A stretch of 64,000 nucleotides of DNA, taken from Terriglobales bacterium (lineage in GTDB: Bacteria; Acidobacteriota; Terriglobia; Terriglobales; Acidobacteriaceae). The position numbers and the translations under genes were made by a program. Shown here in pieces: positions 53,106-63,499 of the stretch. A model generated the notes under the pieces. That model saw nothing but the letters and a program-made list of their open reading frames with translations, ran no database searches and was not told the origin of the DNA. The stretch is from positions 208,210 through 272,209 of the forward strand of contig JBEKZP010000001.1 of NCBI GenBank assembly GCA_049509755.1, given 5' to 3'. Within the stretch, counting starts at the first letter, position 1. The number at the start of each line of letters is the position of its first letter.

Positions 53106-54281
53106 ATGTTCCGCTTTGTCACTGCCGGAGAGTCGCACGGAGAAGCGCTGGTGGCGGTGGTGTCGGGAGTGCCGGCCGGTGTCGCAATTGAGCAGGCATT
53201 TCTCGACCGCGAATTGTGGCGGCGCCAGCAGGGATACGGCCGCGGCGGGCGGATGAAGATCGAGCGCGACACGGCGCACATCGTCTCCGGCGTGCGGCAA
53301 GGGAAGACGATTGGGTCGCCGATCGCGATCCTGCTGGAGAACCAGGATTGGAAGAACTGGCAGGAATCGCTGCCGGTGGGCGAAGGCGATCCGGCGAAAC
53401 ATAAAAAGGTGGCGTCGCCGCGGCCGGGACACGCGGATTTGGCGGGCGCGCTGAAGTACAACTTTCCCGAGGCGCGGTACGTGCTGGAACGCTCCTCGGC
53501 ACGGGAAACGGCGGCCCGCGTGGCGGCAGGCGCGGTGGCGAAATTATTCTTGCGCGAGATCGGCATGGAAATTCTGAGCCACGTGGTCGCGGTGGGCGCG
53601 GCGTCGGTGGAACGCGAGGTGACGTGGGAAGAAATCGCGCGGCTGCACGGGCGCGACGAGGTCGTGCTCAATTGCGCCGACGCGGACGTCGAGCAGCGGA
53701 TGAAGGCGGAAGTGGAGAAGGCGATCGAGGCGCGCGACACCGTCGGCGGCGTATTCGAAGTGCGGGCGCACAACGTCCCGCCGGGACTGGGCACGTACGC
53801 GAACTGGGACGAGCGTCTGGACGGGCTGCTGGCACAGGCGGTGATGTCGCTGCCGGCGGTGAAGGCGGTGGAGATCGGCAGCGGCGTGACGGCGGCGGGC
53901 GCAATGGGATCGAGCGTGCACGACGAAATCGGCTACGCGCAGCAGGGCGGCGCCTTCACCGGCTTCACCCGCAAGTCGAACCGCGCCGGCGGCTTGGAAG
54001 GCGGCGTGTCGAACGGGCAGGACATCGTGGTGCGCGGCTATCTGAAACCGATTTCGACGCTGCGGCGCGCGCTGGAGTCAGTGGATTTCGCCACGCGCGA
54101 GCCGGTGAAGGCGGCGTATGAGCGCTCGGATGTGTGCGTGGCGCCGGCGGCGGGCGTGGCGGCGGAGGCGATGGTCGCGCTCACTCTGGCGCGCTGCGCG
54201 CTGGAAAAATTTGGCGGAGACTCGATCGGGGAGACGAAGAGGAATTTTGCGGGATATCTGGAGCAAATGAGGAGGTTCTAG
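53106..54281 (+). CDS. aroC: Chorismate synthase
   Basis: MFRFVTAGESHGEALVAVVSGVPAGV...GRSSARETAARVAAG signature. Confidence 0.9.
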   Translation: MFRFVTAGESHGEALVAVVSGVPAGVAIEQAFLDRELWRRQQGYGRGGRMKIERDTAHIVSGVRQGKTIGSPIAILLENQDWKNWQESLPVGEGDPAKHKKVASPRPGHADLAGALKYNFPEARYVLERSSARETAARVAAGAVAKLFLREIGMEILSHVVAVGAASVEREVTWEEIARLHGRDEVVLNCADADVEQRMKAEVEKAIEARDTVGGVFEVRAHNVPPGLGTYANWDERLDGLLAQAVMSLPAVKAVEIGSGVTAAGAMGSSVHDEIGYAQQGGAFTGFTRKSNRAGGLEGGVSNGQDIVVRGYLKPISTLRRALESVDFATREPVKAAYERSDVCVAPAAGVAAEAMVALTLARCALEKFGGDSIGETKRNFAGYLEQMRRF

Positions 54282-54282
54282 G

Positions 54283-54370
54283 ATTTGTAATTGGTAATTT
54301 GTAATTTGTAATTTCCGGCGCTGCCGCAGATGGTTTTCAAATTACAAATTACAAATTGCAAATTACAAAT
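54283..54370. repeat. AT-rich TTGTAAT/ATTACAA-family hairpin between aroC and def
   Basis: atttgtaattggtaatttgtaatttgtaatttcc ... caaattacaaattacaaattgcaaattacaaatc. Confidence 0.8.
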
Positions 54371-54378
54371 CAGCACGC

Positions 54379-54891
54379 ATGATCTATCCCATCGTTAAGC
54401 TCGGCGACCCGGTGCTGGACAAGCCAGCGGAGAAGGTGACGAAGTTCGACGACGAGCTGCGCAAGCTGCTCGACGACATGTTCGAGTCCATGTACGCGGC
54501 GCACGGCGTGGGCCTGGCGGCGCCACAGATCGGCATTTCCAGGCGCATCGCGGTGATCGATATCACGTTCAAGGAAGACCCGGACGCCAAGCTGGTGCTG
54601 ATCAATCCGGAGATCATCCACAAGGAAGGCCGGCACACGCAGCAGGAAGGCTGCCTCAGCCTGCCGGAGTTCCGCGAGAACGTGACGCGGCCGCGCGTGG
54701 TGACCGTGCGCGCGCAGGATGCGAAGGGAAACTGGTTCGAGAAAACCGGCGACGACCTGCTGGCGCGCGCGCTGATGCACGAGACCGATCACCTTAACGG
54801 CAAGCTGTACATCACGCACATTTCGGCGCTGAAGCGCGACCTGATCAAGCGCAAGGTGAAGAAACTCATAAAGCAGGGGGAGTGGAAGTAA
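54379..54891 (+). CDS. def: Peptide deformylase
   Basis: GVGLAAPQIG, EGCLSLP and HETDHLNG motifs. Confidence 0.9.
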   Translation: MIYPIVKLGDPVLDKPAEKVTKFDDELRKLLDDMFESMYAAHGVGLAAPQIGISRRIAVIDITFKEDPDAKLVLINPEIIHKEGRHTQQEGCLSLPEFRENVTRPRVVTVRAQDAKGNWFEKTGDDLLARALMHETDHLNGKLYITHISALKRDLIKRKVKKLIKQGEWK

Positions 54892-54990
54892 TTGGTAATT
54901 TCGTAATTTGGTAATTTTGTAATTTAACAAGTTGCAGCGCCGGTCGAGCCTCTCCAAATTACCCAATTACCAAATTACCCAATTACCAAA
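54889..54990. repeat. AT-rich GTAATTT-family hairpin between def and fmt. The right arm runs into the fmt start
   Basis: taattggtaatttcgtaatttggtaattttgtaattt ... caaattacccaattaccaaattacccaattaccaaatgg. Confidence 0.8.
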
Positions 54991-55979
54991 TGGACGTAAT
55001 CTTCTGTGGCACCCCGCAATTCGCCGTGCCCACGCTGCAGGCGCTGATGAACGCCGACGCCGGGCATCGCGTGCGCCTGGTCGTGACCCAGCCGGACCGC
55101 CCCAGCGGACGCGGCATGGAACTCAGCGCGCCACCGGTGAAGCAACTGGCGCAAAGGCTCGGCCTGGAGGTGACGCAGCCGGAAAAAATCAAAAACAATT
55201 TGGAATTTCGCGCGCGGCTGGAGGAGATCCGGCCGGAGGCGATCGTGGTGGTCGGCTACGGGCGCATCATTCCGCAATGGATGATTGACCTGCCGCCGCT
55301 GGGAAACATTAACCTGCACGGCTCGCTGCTGCCGAAATATCGCGGCGCGGCGCCGGTGCAGTGGGCGATCGCGTCGGGCGAGACCGTCACCGGCGTGACC
55401 ACCATGCGGATTGACGCCGGGCTGGACACGGGCGACATCCTGCTGCAGCGCGAGACGCCAATCGCGGCGGAGGACACGGCGGTCACGCTGGCGCCTCGGC
55501 TGGCGGAGATGGGCGCGCCGCTGATGGTGGAAACACTCGCGGGATTGAAGGCGGGTACAATCACGCCGCGCCAGCAGGACGATGCGCAAGCGACGCTGGC
55601 GCCCATTCTGAAGAAAGAAGACGGGCTGATTGATTTTCGCCGCCGCGCGCGCGAGATCTGCAACCGCCTGCGCGGGTTTCAGCCCTGGCCGGGGGCATAC
55701 ACCACGTTCCGCGACAAGAGCCTGAATGTGTGGGCGGCGATACCGGCGGAGGAGTCAGGAATCGGGAGTCAGGAGTCAGCGGTCGCGCCCGGCGAGCTGA
55801 GCGTGGACAAGGACCGGTTATTCGTCTTGTGCGGCGAGCGGACTGTGTTGGAATTGTTGACCGTGCAGCCGGAAGGGAAGAAGAGGATAGCGGCGCGGGA
55901 TTTTATTCACGGGTATCATCCGAAAACGGGGGAGCAGTTGGGAACTGAAAAACACAGAGACACAGAGGCACAGAGATAA
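54990..55979 (+). CDS. fmt: Methionyl-tRNA formyltransferase
   Basis: VIFCGTPQFAVPTLQAL...HGSLLPKYRGAAPVQWAI. The last ~10 codons are encoded by the ACAGAG repeat. Confidence 0.9.
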   Translation: MDVIFCGTPQFAVPTLQALMNADAGHRVRLVVTQPDRPSGRGMELSAPPVKQLAQRLGLEVTQPEKIKNNLEFRARLEEIRPEAIVVVGYGRIIPQWMIDLPPLGNINLHGSLLPKYRGAAPVQWAIASGETVTGVTTMRIDAGLDTGDILLQRETPIAAEDTAVTLAPRLAEMGAPLMVETLAGLKAGTITPRQQDDAQATLAPILKKEDGLIDFRRRAREICNRLRGFQPWPGAYTTFRDKSLNVWAAIPAEESGIGSQESAVAPGELSVDKDRLFVLCGERTVLELLTVQPEGKKRIAARDFIHGYHPKTGEQLGTEKHRDTEAQR

Positions 55980-56010
55980 TTTCTTCCTCTGTGTCTCTGT
56001 AACTCTGTGT
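55951..56010. repeat. Hairpin of tandem CACAGAG units and their complement. The left arm lies inside the fmt 3' coding end
   Basis: acacagagacacagaggcacagagataatttcttcctctgtgtctctgtaactctgtgt. Confidence 0.75.
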
Positions 56011-56032
56011 TCATCATTTTCTTTGGGTCACC

Positions 56033-57364
56033 ATGCCCTCTCCTGCGCGCGAAGCCGCGTTCGACATCCTGCTCCGCGTGGAGCAGCAGCAGGCGTACGC
56101 CTCCGAGCTGTTGCATTCCGATCACGTCGATAAGCTCTCTCCGCAGGATCGCAACCTTTGCACCGAACTGGTGATGGGAACTTTGCGCTGGCGCGCGAGG
56201 CTGGACCTGGGCATTGGCGCGGTGTCGTCGCAGCCGCTGGAAAAGCTCGATCCGGAGGTGCTGACAGCGCTGCGGCTGGGCGCGTACCAGATCGGGTTCC
56301 TGCGGCTGCCGGCGAGGGCGGCGGTGAATGAGAGCGTCGAACTGGTGAAGCGGGCGCGATTTCGGTACTCCGTGCCGTTCGCCAACGCCGTGCTGCGCAA
56401 GCTGGCTGAGAAGCCCAAGCTGATGGAACCGGCGCCGGGGCCGGGGCCGAAGACGGTGCTGGACGTCGCCGCGCTGCACGCCCATCCGCTGTGGCTGGTG
56501 AAGCGTTGGGCGGAGCGCTACGGCATCGAAACCGCGGACAAGATCTGCGCGTTCAACCAGCAGGTGCCCGAAACCGCGCTACGGCTGCGCGATCCGGCGG
56601 CGGAAGAGGAATTGCGGCGCGAGGGCATTGAATTGAAATCCGGCGCGCTGCTCACTTCCGCGCGGCGGGTGGTCAGGGGCGACGTGACCCACACGGCTGC
56701 GTTTCGCGCCGGGCGTGTTGCCATCCAGGACGAGACGTCGCAACTGGTGGCACTGCTGGTGGGCAGCGGCGAGCGATTGCTGGACTGTTGCGCGGCGCCG
56801 GGCGGCAAGACCGCGATCATGGCGGAGCGCAATCCCGACGCGGAGATCATCGCCGTCGACATTCATCCGCACCGGGCGGCGCTGTTGCAGGAGCGGCTGG
56901 CAGCGCTGCCCAACGTCACCGTCATGATGGCGGATGCGACCGAGCTGCCGGTCTGCGGGCTGTTCGACTGGGTGCTGGCGGACGTGCCCTGCTCCGGCAC
57001 CGGAACGCTGGCGCGCAATCCGGAGATCAAGTGGCGGCTGACGGCCGAGGACCTTGCCGATCTGCACGCGCGGCAGGTGGCCATCGTGAGCGCGACCATG
57101 CAACACGTGCGCAGCGGCGGATGCCTGATCTATTCCACCTGCTCGCTGGAGGAGGAAGAAAATGTGCAGGTGGTGGAAGAGGCATTGCAGTCGCGCGCGG
57201 ACTTCGAAATCGTGGATTGTCGTGCCGAGCTGGAGCGGTTAAAGGAATCGGGCGAGCTGGCGTGGGAGGACATCGACTCGCTCCTCGACGGGCCGTATCT
57301 GCGGACGATTCCGGGCGTGCAGCCGGGGGATGGGTTTTTCGCGGCGATGCTGGAAAAAACCTAG
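56033..57364 (+). CDS. rsmB: 16S rRNA (cytosine967-C5)-methyltransferase RsmB (Sun)
   Basis: NusB-like N-terminus and a C-terminal SAM-MTase (DCCAAPGGKT...DVPCSGTGT...IYSTCSL). The def-fmt-rsmB order is conserved. Confidence 0.85.
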   Translation: MPSPAREAAFDILLRVEQQQAYASELLHSDHVDKLSPQDRNLCTELVMGTLRWRARLDLGIGAVSSQPLEKLDPEVLTALRLGAYQIGFLRLPARAAVNESVELVKRARFRYSVPFANAVLRKLAEKPKLMEPAPGPGPKTVLDVAALHAHPLWLVKRWAERYGIETADKICAFNQQVPETALRLRDPAAEEELRREGIELKSGALLTSARRVVRGDVTHTAAFRAGRVAIQDETSQLVALLVGSGERLLDCCAAPGGKTAIMAERNPDAEIIAVDIHPHRAALLQERLAALPNVTVMMADATELPVCGLFDWVLADVPCSGTGTLARNPEIKWRLTAEDLADLHARQVAIVSATMQHVRSGGCLIYSTCSLEEEENVQVVEEALQSRADFEIVDCRAELERLKESGELAWEDIDSLLDGPYLRTIPGVQPGDGFFAAMLEKT

Positions 57365-57403
57365 CCACGGATCGCCACGGATGAACACGGATCGGATTCG
57401 TGG
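57365..57403. repeat. Tandem CACGGAT-type repeat with a partial palindrome after rsmB
   Basis: ccacggatcgccacggatgaacacggatcggattcgtgg. Confidence 0.6.
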
Positions 57404-57580
57404 AGCGCAGACGCGAGGACGTGTGTGGCACAAATGAGCTGCCGCGGGCGAGGGCGCCTGCGGCAGTCGTATTTTGGGGCACGTACACGGCAGCCCCGGC
57501 GAGGGCGCCGGGGCCTACAGGTCATTCTGAAAAATTGCCTTCCTGCGATCCGGGGTCATCTGTGGAAATCTCGTGGTTGA

Positions 57581-58306
57581 TTACTTCGCGACTTCCAGCT
57601 CAACGCTGCTGCCGGCGGCAACTTTTTGTCCCGCGGTTGGAGATTGCCTGCTCACCACGGTCGGCGCGCCGGCGTTGGTGGCTGTCAGGTCAACCGCGGC
57701 GGTGCGCACGTTGGCGAGCTTCAGGCCGGCGTCCTGGATGGCACGAGCCGCATCGGCGAGATGCCGGCCGACCAGGTTCGGCATGACGAAGGCGAGCGGC
57801 TCCGGCGGCACGGCAAACAGCATGTTCACCTTGGGCGATGCCACCCCGACAGCAGCCGGCGGCGGGCTCTGCGCGATCACCTGGTCTTCGAGCTGGCCGG
57901 GGAGGTGAGCGTAGGCGACGGTGCCGGGCTCAAGGCCGCGGCGGCGAAGATTGATCTCGGCGGCGCGGCTGCTTTGGCCGACTACGTCGGGAATCACCAC
58001 GTGCTGCGGGCCGAGGCTTTCGGCGAGCCGCACATGCCAGCCACGGCGGACCTTTTCCCCGGCAAACGGCGCCTGCGACAGGATGCGGCCTTGCGGGATG
58101 TCGGTGCTGTAGAAGCGGTTCTCGAATTCAACCAGCAACCCATTCTGCAGGGCAAGGCGTTCCGCTTGAGCGGGCGTGAGTCCGACCAGTTTCGGCACCA
58201 CGACTTCGCGTCCGTGAATGGCGACGCGCATGGCGGTCAACGCCGACGTCATGGCGACGATCAGCAACACCAGTCCGAGGAGGAGGAATCGGAAAAATCC
58301 GCGCAT
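57581..58306 (-). CDS. Membrane-anchored protein with three PASTA domains
   Basis: N-terminal TM helix, then three repeats of the VPxLVG...A...L...GL PASTA pattern. Confidence 0.7.
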   Translation of the reverse strand: MRGFFRFLLLGLVLLIVAMTSALTAMRVAIHGREVVVPKLVGLTPAQAERLALQNGLLVEFENRFYSTDIPQGRILSQAPFAGEKVRRGWHVRLAESLGPQHVVIPDVVGQSSRAAEINLRRRGLEPGTVAYAHLPGQLEDQVIAQSPPPAAVGVASPKVNMLFAVPPEPLAFVMPNLVGRHLADAARAIQDAGLKLANVRTAAVDLTATNAGAPTVVSRQSPTAGQKVAAGSSVELEVAK

Positions 58307-58419
58307 GGCTGAGGGTCACGATTGTAGCGCGGAGCGGGGTGAGTGGGGGTGGTTGGCGGCGGCCGGCGCCCGAACCTCAGTGCCAAGACTTTAGTCAGGC
58401 CCCGGCGAAGGCGCCGTGT

Positions 58420-60648
58420 CTAGTGGCTCACGGCGTCGCTGGGGCGGAAGTCGGGCGTATCCACCCTGGCGGCGTGGTTGCGCGGCAGATCGGGAGGAGG
58501 AGTGAAGTCTTCCTGGTCGCGGCCCTTGAGCGCGACCTTCATGAAGTCAATCCAGACGGGCAGGGCGGCCAGCGCGCCGCTTTCTTTTTTGCCGAGCGTC
58601 TTCTTCTCGTCGAAGCCGATCCAGACGCCGCAGGTGATGGAGGGCGAGAAGCCGACAAACCAGGCGTCGGTGAAATCGTTGGTGGTGCCGGTTTTCCCCC
58701 CGAGCGGATGCTTGAGCTTGCTGGCCTGGAAGCCGGTGCCGTGCAGCACCACCTCGCGCAGCAGGGAAGTCATGATGCGCGCGGTGCGCGAGCTGATGAC
58801 GTCTTTCACGTCGGGATAGTTCACTTCCAGGGTGCGGCCGTCGTAACCCTCGACCTTGCGGATATATCGTGGCACGACACGTACGCCGTCGTTGGGGAAG
58901 GTGGTGAAGGCGGAGGTCTGCTCCATCAGCGTCATGTCGGCGGCGCCCAGGGCAAGCGGCAGCACCGGAGGCAGCGGCGAGGTGACGCCGAACTTGCGCG
59001 TGTACTCGATGACGGTGCCGATGCCGACGCGGGCCGCGGTCTTGAGCGCCGGGATGTTGCGCGACTGCGAGATGGCGCGCCGCAGCGTGATGTTGCCCTC
59101 GAATTTTCCGTCGTAGTTGTGCGGCGAGTAGGGGCCGGACGCGGTGGAATAGGTCACGGGCGCGTCGAGGATGATGTCGTCGGGGGTGGCGCCGCCGTCA
59201 ATCGCGGCGGTGTACACGTAGGGCTTGAAGGAGGAGCCGACCTGGCGCATGGCCTGGGTGGCGCGGTTGAATTTCGATTCGTCGAAATCGCGCCCGCCGA
59301 CCATCGCCTTGATATCGCCGGTGGCGTTGTCAATGGCGAGCAGCGCGCCCTGCGCGCCCGAGTCCTGCTCGAGGGAAACCTTGGAGGGGCCGGTTTCGGA
59401 GAGCGAGACGACTTTGACGTAGGCAATGTCGCCGCGGGCGAGGATTTCATCCGGCAACTTGTGCGTGGTCCAGGCGATGTCCGCCGGCGCCAGGGTCGCC
59501 GTGTAGCGGCCGAACTTCACCGTCGCCGCGGCCTGCCTGACGTCGGCGACGAGCGCGTGCACGTAGCTGCCCGGCGCCATGGGTTCGTCCCAATCGGGGT
59601 TCTGGTATTTGTCGACGTCGAGGCCCACGGCGACCATGTTCGGCAAGTTGCCCTTCCAGCCGTGGCGGCGTTCGTAAGCGGCCAGGCCGTCGAGCAGGGC
59701 GCGGTTGGCGGCTTCCTGCATTTCCAGGTTGAGCGTGGTGTACACGCGCAGGCCGCCCTGGTGGACCTCGTCGGTGCCGTACTTCTTCTCCAGATAGCGG
59801 CGGACTTCCTCGGCGAAGTAGGGCGCCAAAGAGTTGGGGTCCTTCTGGAGGTGTAGCAGGATGGGCATGGACTTGGCGTGCGCCGCCTGGTCGGCGGTGA
59901 TCTTGCCGTCCTCCAGCATGGCGTTGATCACCAGGTTGCGGCGGCGGGCGGCGCGCTCGGGATTGTTGAGCGGTGAATAGTAGTTTGGCGCCTTGGGCAG
60001 GCCGGCCAGCAGCGCGGCTTCCTCCAGCGTCAGGTCCCTGGCCGGCTTGCTGAAATACAACAGCGAGCCGGCTTCGAAGCCGTAGGCGCCGTGCCCGAGA
60101 AAAATCTGGTTGGCGTAGAGAGCGAAGATCTGCGGCTTGGTGAAGCGCCGCTCAATCTGGATGGCCAGCATGATCTCCTGGATCTTGCGATGGAAGCGGC
60201 GCTCCGGCGTGAGGAACAGGTTGCGCGAAAGCTGCATGGTCAGCGTGGAGCCGCCCTGCGCCTTCTGGCCGAGCGCGATGTCCTTGTAGGCGGCGCCGAG
60301 AATACGCCAGAAGTTCACGCCCCAGTGTTTTTCGAAATCCTTGTCTTCGACGGAAATGATGGCGTCGCGCAGGACCTTGGGGAAATCGTCGTAACCGACC
60401 ACCACGCGCCGCTGCAGCGCGAAAGAGCCGACCACGCGCCCCTGGTCGTCGTAAAGTTCGGTGATGGTGGAAGGGTGATACCGCTGCAGTTCGCCGATCT
60501 CCGGCAGGTCGGTGGAATAGACCAGCAGCAGGCCGCCGAAGGCGCCGATCAGCGCGGACGCCAACACCAGCAGGGCGAAGACCACGCGTCCCACCAGCTT
60601 GGTTCCCGCCACTTCCACGGGCGGCAGCTCGGCATAGATCGACTTCAT
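58420..60648 (-). CDS. mrcA: Class A penicillin-binding protein (PBP1A, bifunctional glycosyltransferase/transpeptidase)
   Basis: GT51 motifs (EDKDFEKHWGV, GGSTLTMQLSRN) and transpeptidase SxxK/SxN/KTG segments (SSFKP, KTGTT). Confidence 0.85.
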   Translation of the reverse strand: MKSIYAELPPVEVAGTKLVGRVVFALLVLASALIGAFGGLLLVYSTDLPEIGELQRYHPSTITELYDDQGRVVGSFALQRRVVVGYDDFPKVLRDAIISVEDKDFEKHWGVNFWRILGAAYKDIALGQKAQGGSTLTMQLSRNLFLTPERRFHRKIQEIMLAIQIERRFTKPQIFALYANQIFLGHGAYGFEAGSLLYFSKPARDLTLEEAALLAGLPKAPNYYSPLNNPERAARRRNLVINAMLEDGKITADQAAHAKSMPILLHLQKDPNSLAPYFAEEVRRYLEKKYGTDEVHQGGLRVYTTLNLEMQEAANRALLDGLAAYERRHGWKGNLPNMVAVGLDVDKYQNPDWDEPMAPGSYVHALVADVRQAAATVKFGRYTATLAPADIAWTTHKLPDEILARGDIAYVKVVSLSETGPSKVSLEQDSGAQGALLAIDNATGDIKAMVGGRDFDESKFNRATQAMRQVGSSFKPYVYTAAIDGGATPDDIILDAPVTYSTASGPYSPHNYDGKFEGNITLRRAISQSRNIPALKTAARVGIGTVIEYTRKFGVTSPLPPVLPLALGAADMTLMEQTSAFTTFPNDGVRVVPRYIRKVEGYDGRTLEVNYPDVKDVISSRTARIMTSLLREVVLHGTGFQASKLKHPLGGKTGTTNDFTDAWFVGFSPSITCGVWIGFDEKKTLGKKESGALAALPVWIDFMKVALKGRDQEDFTPPPDLPRNHAARVDTPDFRPSDAVSH

Positions 60649-60895
60649 GGAAATTCAACGGGGCGCGAAATCAGAATAGCACGGTAAGACAACGGGGATG
60701 GTTACAAGGAGTACTCCAGAAGATTTGACTCGGCCAGCATGGCAGCAACCTTGCCGGCGGCATCGTCGGGCCCTTCCCTGGGTAGAATCATCTTGCCGTT
60801 AAAAAAGACCGGGCACAGACGCAAAGATGCGCGGTCCAGAAATGCCAGGCGCTGCAGCAGCTTGATGCCGGTGTTGCATTCGTCCGGAACCCGCC

Positions 60896-61486
60896 TCAAG
60901 AAGGTTCCTGCCCGGCGGCCTCGGCCTGCCTGACCGCGTCGCCAAAGGAAAACGTGACAGGAAGTTCCGGCAACTCGGTGACGTGCTGAACTTCCGGCGC
61001 TGGCGGCCGCGGAACCGAGCTTGGCTTGACGGCGCGGGCAAGGGACATCTTCCAGGTGGCTTCCAGGAATCCGCCGCGCTGCGGCAAGGCTTCGCAAGCC
61101 GTGGCCATAAGCTGGCGCAACGTTTCCTCGTAGCGCTTGGGAGCTTCGTCGCTCTCGAGCGCACGGTTCAAAGGCGCGTTGGCCAGATAGTCCGGCTTAC
61201 CGACCAGGAAGGCGACGAGCTGGCCCGGCCGCTCGGCTTTGATGTCGCGGCAAAGCTCCGCCGCGGCGCCGTTTTCGTGGCGCAGGTCAAACAGGACCAG
61301 ATCATAGGTGTCCGGGTGCCACAGCATGCGCGCATCGCCGATGTGATTGGCGCACACCACCTCCAGCCCGTGCTTCCGTAAGACATTGACGCGCAAATTG
61401 TTCTTGGGGCTGCGGGTTACCACCATCAACACGTGTTTCTTGACGGCAGAGAGGCTGGCTGCTCGCACCGGAGGCGGTCGTTTCAT
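60896..61486 (-). CDS. Response-regulator receiver-domain protein (stand-alone, possibly atypical). The start is uncertain
   Basis: VLMVVT...DLVLFDL...FLVGKP follows the CheY-like beta-alpha pattern with an acceptor Asp in LFDL. Confidence 0.5.
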   Translation of the reverse strand: MKRPPPVRAASLSAVKKHVLMVVTRSPKNNLRVNVLRKHGLEVVCANHIGDARMLWHPDTYDLVLFDLRHENGAAAELCRDIKAERPGQLVAFLVGKPDYLANAPLNRALESDEAPKRYEETLRQLMATACEALPQRGGFLEATWKMSLARAVKPSSVPRPPAPEVQHVTELPELPVTFSFGDAVRQAEAAGQEPS

Positions 61487-61670
61487 ACACTACACTCCTA
61501 ATGTCTTTCTGGCTGACCGGTTGTCGGACTGAAACCGTGGACGTGGCCTCGAGTTACAGGCCCTGGATCGCGAAGGCGCAAGGGTAGGATCTGGTGCGTC
61601 TCCGGCGCTGTTTTCAGTATACGCCGAGTAGCGCGGCTCCGCGGGTAATTCGCGCGCCACGCACCCAAAT

Positions 61671-61704
61671 CAGGAAAGAAAAAACCCGGCCGAGAGCGGC
61701 CGGG
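61671..61704 (-). terminator. Rho-independent terminator downstream of ctp
   Basis: On the minus strand, a cccggccgctctcggccggg hairpin followed by TTTTTTCTTTCC. Confidence 0.7.
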
Positions 61705-61733
61705 CTGCAAATTTCACGAAACATGAACGCCCG

Positions 61734-62969
61734 CTACTTGCCGGCGCTGGCGACCTTGGTGTCGCGGTTCTTCAACACCTCGATGGCGCGCTTGAGTTGC
61801 TCATCGTTCTGCAGACTCCGCTGCTTCTTAGGCTGGTCGGGCGCGCCGGAGTTGTCGTCGTCGTCCGGCAGCACGAAGTCGTCGTTGGTATCGGCGACCA
61901 GGATGTTGGGAGTAATCGCCGTGTCCTGAATCGCCTTGCCGTTGGGCGTGTAGTACTTGGCGATGGACAGGATCAGCGCCGAGCCGTCGGGGATCTCGAT
62001 CACTTTCTGCACCGAGCCGACGCCGAAAGTCTTGTCGCCCAACACGTCGCCGCGTGCGTTCTCCAGGATGGCGGCGGCCACGATCTCCGCCGGGCCGGCG
62101 GTGCCGCGATTCACCATCACCACCAGCGGCAGGCCGGTGACCACCCTGTTCAGGTCGGCGTTGAAGGTCTCGCGCGGGTAGCGCTGCCCTTGCAGATAGG
62201 CGATGATGCCGTGGTTCAGAAACAGGTTGGCGGTGGCGATGCCTTCCTGCTCGTCGCCCTCGGCGCAGTCGCGCAGGTCGAGAATGATCTTCTTCGCGCC
62301 CTTCAGTTGGTCGGCCTTGAGCTTGCTGGCGATCTCCTGCGCCTTGCCCTTATTGAAGGCGTCCACCTTGATGTAGACGATGCCGTCTTCGAAACTCTTC
62401 TCGCTGACGTCGGGAATTTTGACGGTGTTGCGGGTGATGGTGACCTTTTGCGGCTCGGCGCGCCGCGCGCGCACCACCGAGACGTTCACGTTCGACCCCG
62501 GGTCGCCCGCCAGCAGCGACTGGATTTCCGCCAGCGACATCTCGCGCGTCGTGCGCCCTTCAATGGCTTCCAAGATGTCGCTATTCTCGATGCCCGCCTT
62601 GTCGGCCGGGCCGCCGGGGATCACCGAAATCACCGCGCCGTAACCGAAGCGCTTGGAAATCGTGGCCCCGATCTGCCCTTTGGCTTCGGCCTTATGCGAT
62701 CGATACTTCTTGTATTCGGCCGGCGTCAGGTAACTGGAGTTGGGGTCGAGCGATTCCAACAGGCCGTGCAGCGCGCCGTCGGTCACCTGCGGGATGTTGG
62801 GCTCCTCCACGTATTCGCTGCGGATGCGCGACAACACCTCGCTGTAAACGCCGAGCTGGCGATAGGCGCCGTCATTCGACGCCGCGCGCACTCCCAGCCC
62901 GCCGGCGATGGTGAACAGAACGATGGCGATGGAAACCGTCAGGATTACCGCTTTGACCTTCTTGGACAT
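61734..62969 (-). CDS. ctp: Carboxyl-terminal processing protease (S41 family, Ctp/Prc) with a PDZ domain
   Basis: N-terminal TM anchor, PDZ (GAVISVIPGGPADKAGIENSDIL) and an S41 catalytic region (ILDLRDCAEGD...GTAGPAEI). Confidence 0.85.
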   Translation of the reverse strand: MSKKVKAVILTVSIAIVLFTIAGGLGVRAASNDGAYRQLGVYSEVLSRIRSEYVEEPNIPQVTDGALHGLLESLDPNSSYLTPAEYKKYRSHKAEAKGQIGATISKRFGYGAVISVIPGGPADKAGIENSDILEAIEGRTTREMSLAEIQSLLAGDPGSNVNVSVVRARRAEPQKVTITRNTVKIPDVSEKSFEDGIVYIKVDAFNKGKAQEIASKLKADQLKGAKKIILDLRDCAEGDEQEGIATANLFLNHGIIAYLQGQRYPRETFNADLNRVVTGLPLVVMVNRGTAGPAEIVAAAILENARGDVLGDKTFGVGSVQKVIEIPDGSALILSIAKYYTPNGKAIQDTAITPNILVADTNDDFVLPDDDDNSGAPDQPKKQRSLQNDEQLKRAIEVLKNRDTKVASAGK

Positions 62970-63182
62970 GAAACTCCCACGCGCTGCTGATTAGAGCCGA
63001 TTCACTGGTGAGCCAGTGCCTCACATTATACCCGTGTTTTGATGCGGGAACCCTGCCGGACGCTGCCGTTCTTTTCCACGAGGGGACATGGCCCGCAGTG
63101 AAAGTTTGACACTGTTTCCACGTGACTCTTAGAATCGTAAGTGTCCTCGTTGGCCGCGCCCCTGGGCGCGGCTTCCTATGTG

Positions 63183-63230
63183 GCGGTGTAGCTCAGGTGG
63201 CTAGAGCGAGGGTTTCATAAACCTTCAAGC
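63183..63230 (+). pseudogene. Truncated tRNA: the 5' half (acceptor 5' strand, D-arm, anticodon arm with a CAT anticodon) of a tRNA-Met/Ile(CAT). The T-arm and 3' acceptor are missing
   Basis: GGCGGTGTAGCTCAGGTGGCTAGAGCGAGGGTTTCATAAACCTTCAAG resembles elongator tRNA-Met up to the variable loop. No GTTCRA T-arm follows. Confidence 0.55.
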
Positions 63231-63499
63231 CACCTCTGCCAACCCATTGACAAGGCGACAGAAACCCTGCAACCCCAATTGTCACAGTTTCTTAGCTTGT
63301 TGTATTGAATTCAGCCGATCTGTACCGAAATGCGGAGAAATGTCGAAGGGGTCCCCACAAAAGTCCCCACAGTTCCACTGTGCCGAATTCAAACTTTTCG
63401 GCCCGGTTCTTCGAAAAGCCGACTTCCATGATAAGTCTCTGTCAAGAGGGCAAAGGCTCTCCTGACGCGCTTGGGAGGAGCACGGGAACGAACAGTGCC

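Noticed and set aside
60702-61097. A 131-aa ORF downstream of and overlapping the receiver-domain gene, considered as a separate gene or a C-terminal extension of the response regulator
   Set aside because: It mostly overlaps the response-regulator frame, and the ~190-nt non-overlapping tail has no motifs or RBS. There is insufficient support.
63183-63256. A complete tRNA-Met/Ile gene
   Set aside because: Only the 5' half folds. After the variable loop the sequence CCACCTCTGCCAACCC lacks a GTTCRANYC T-arm and a complementary 3' acceptor strand. It is called a truncated tRNA remnant.
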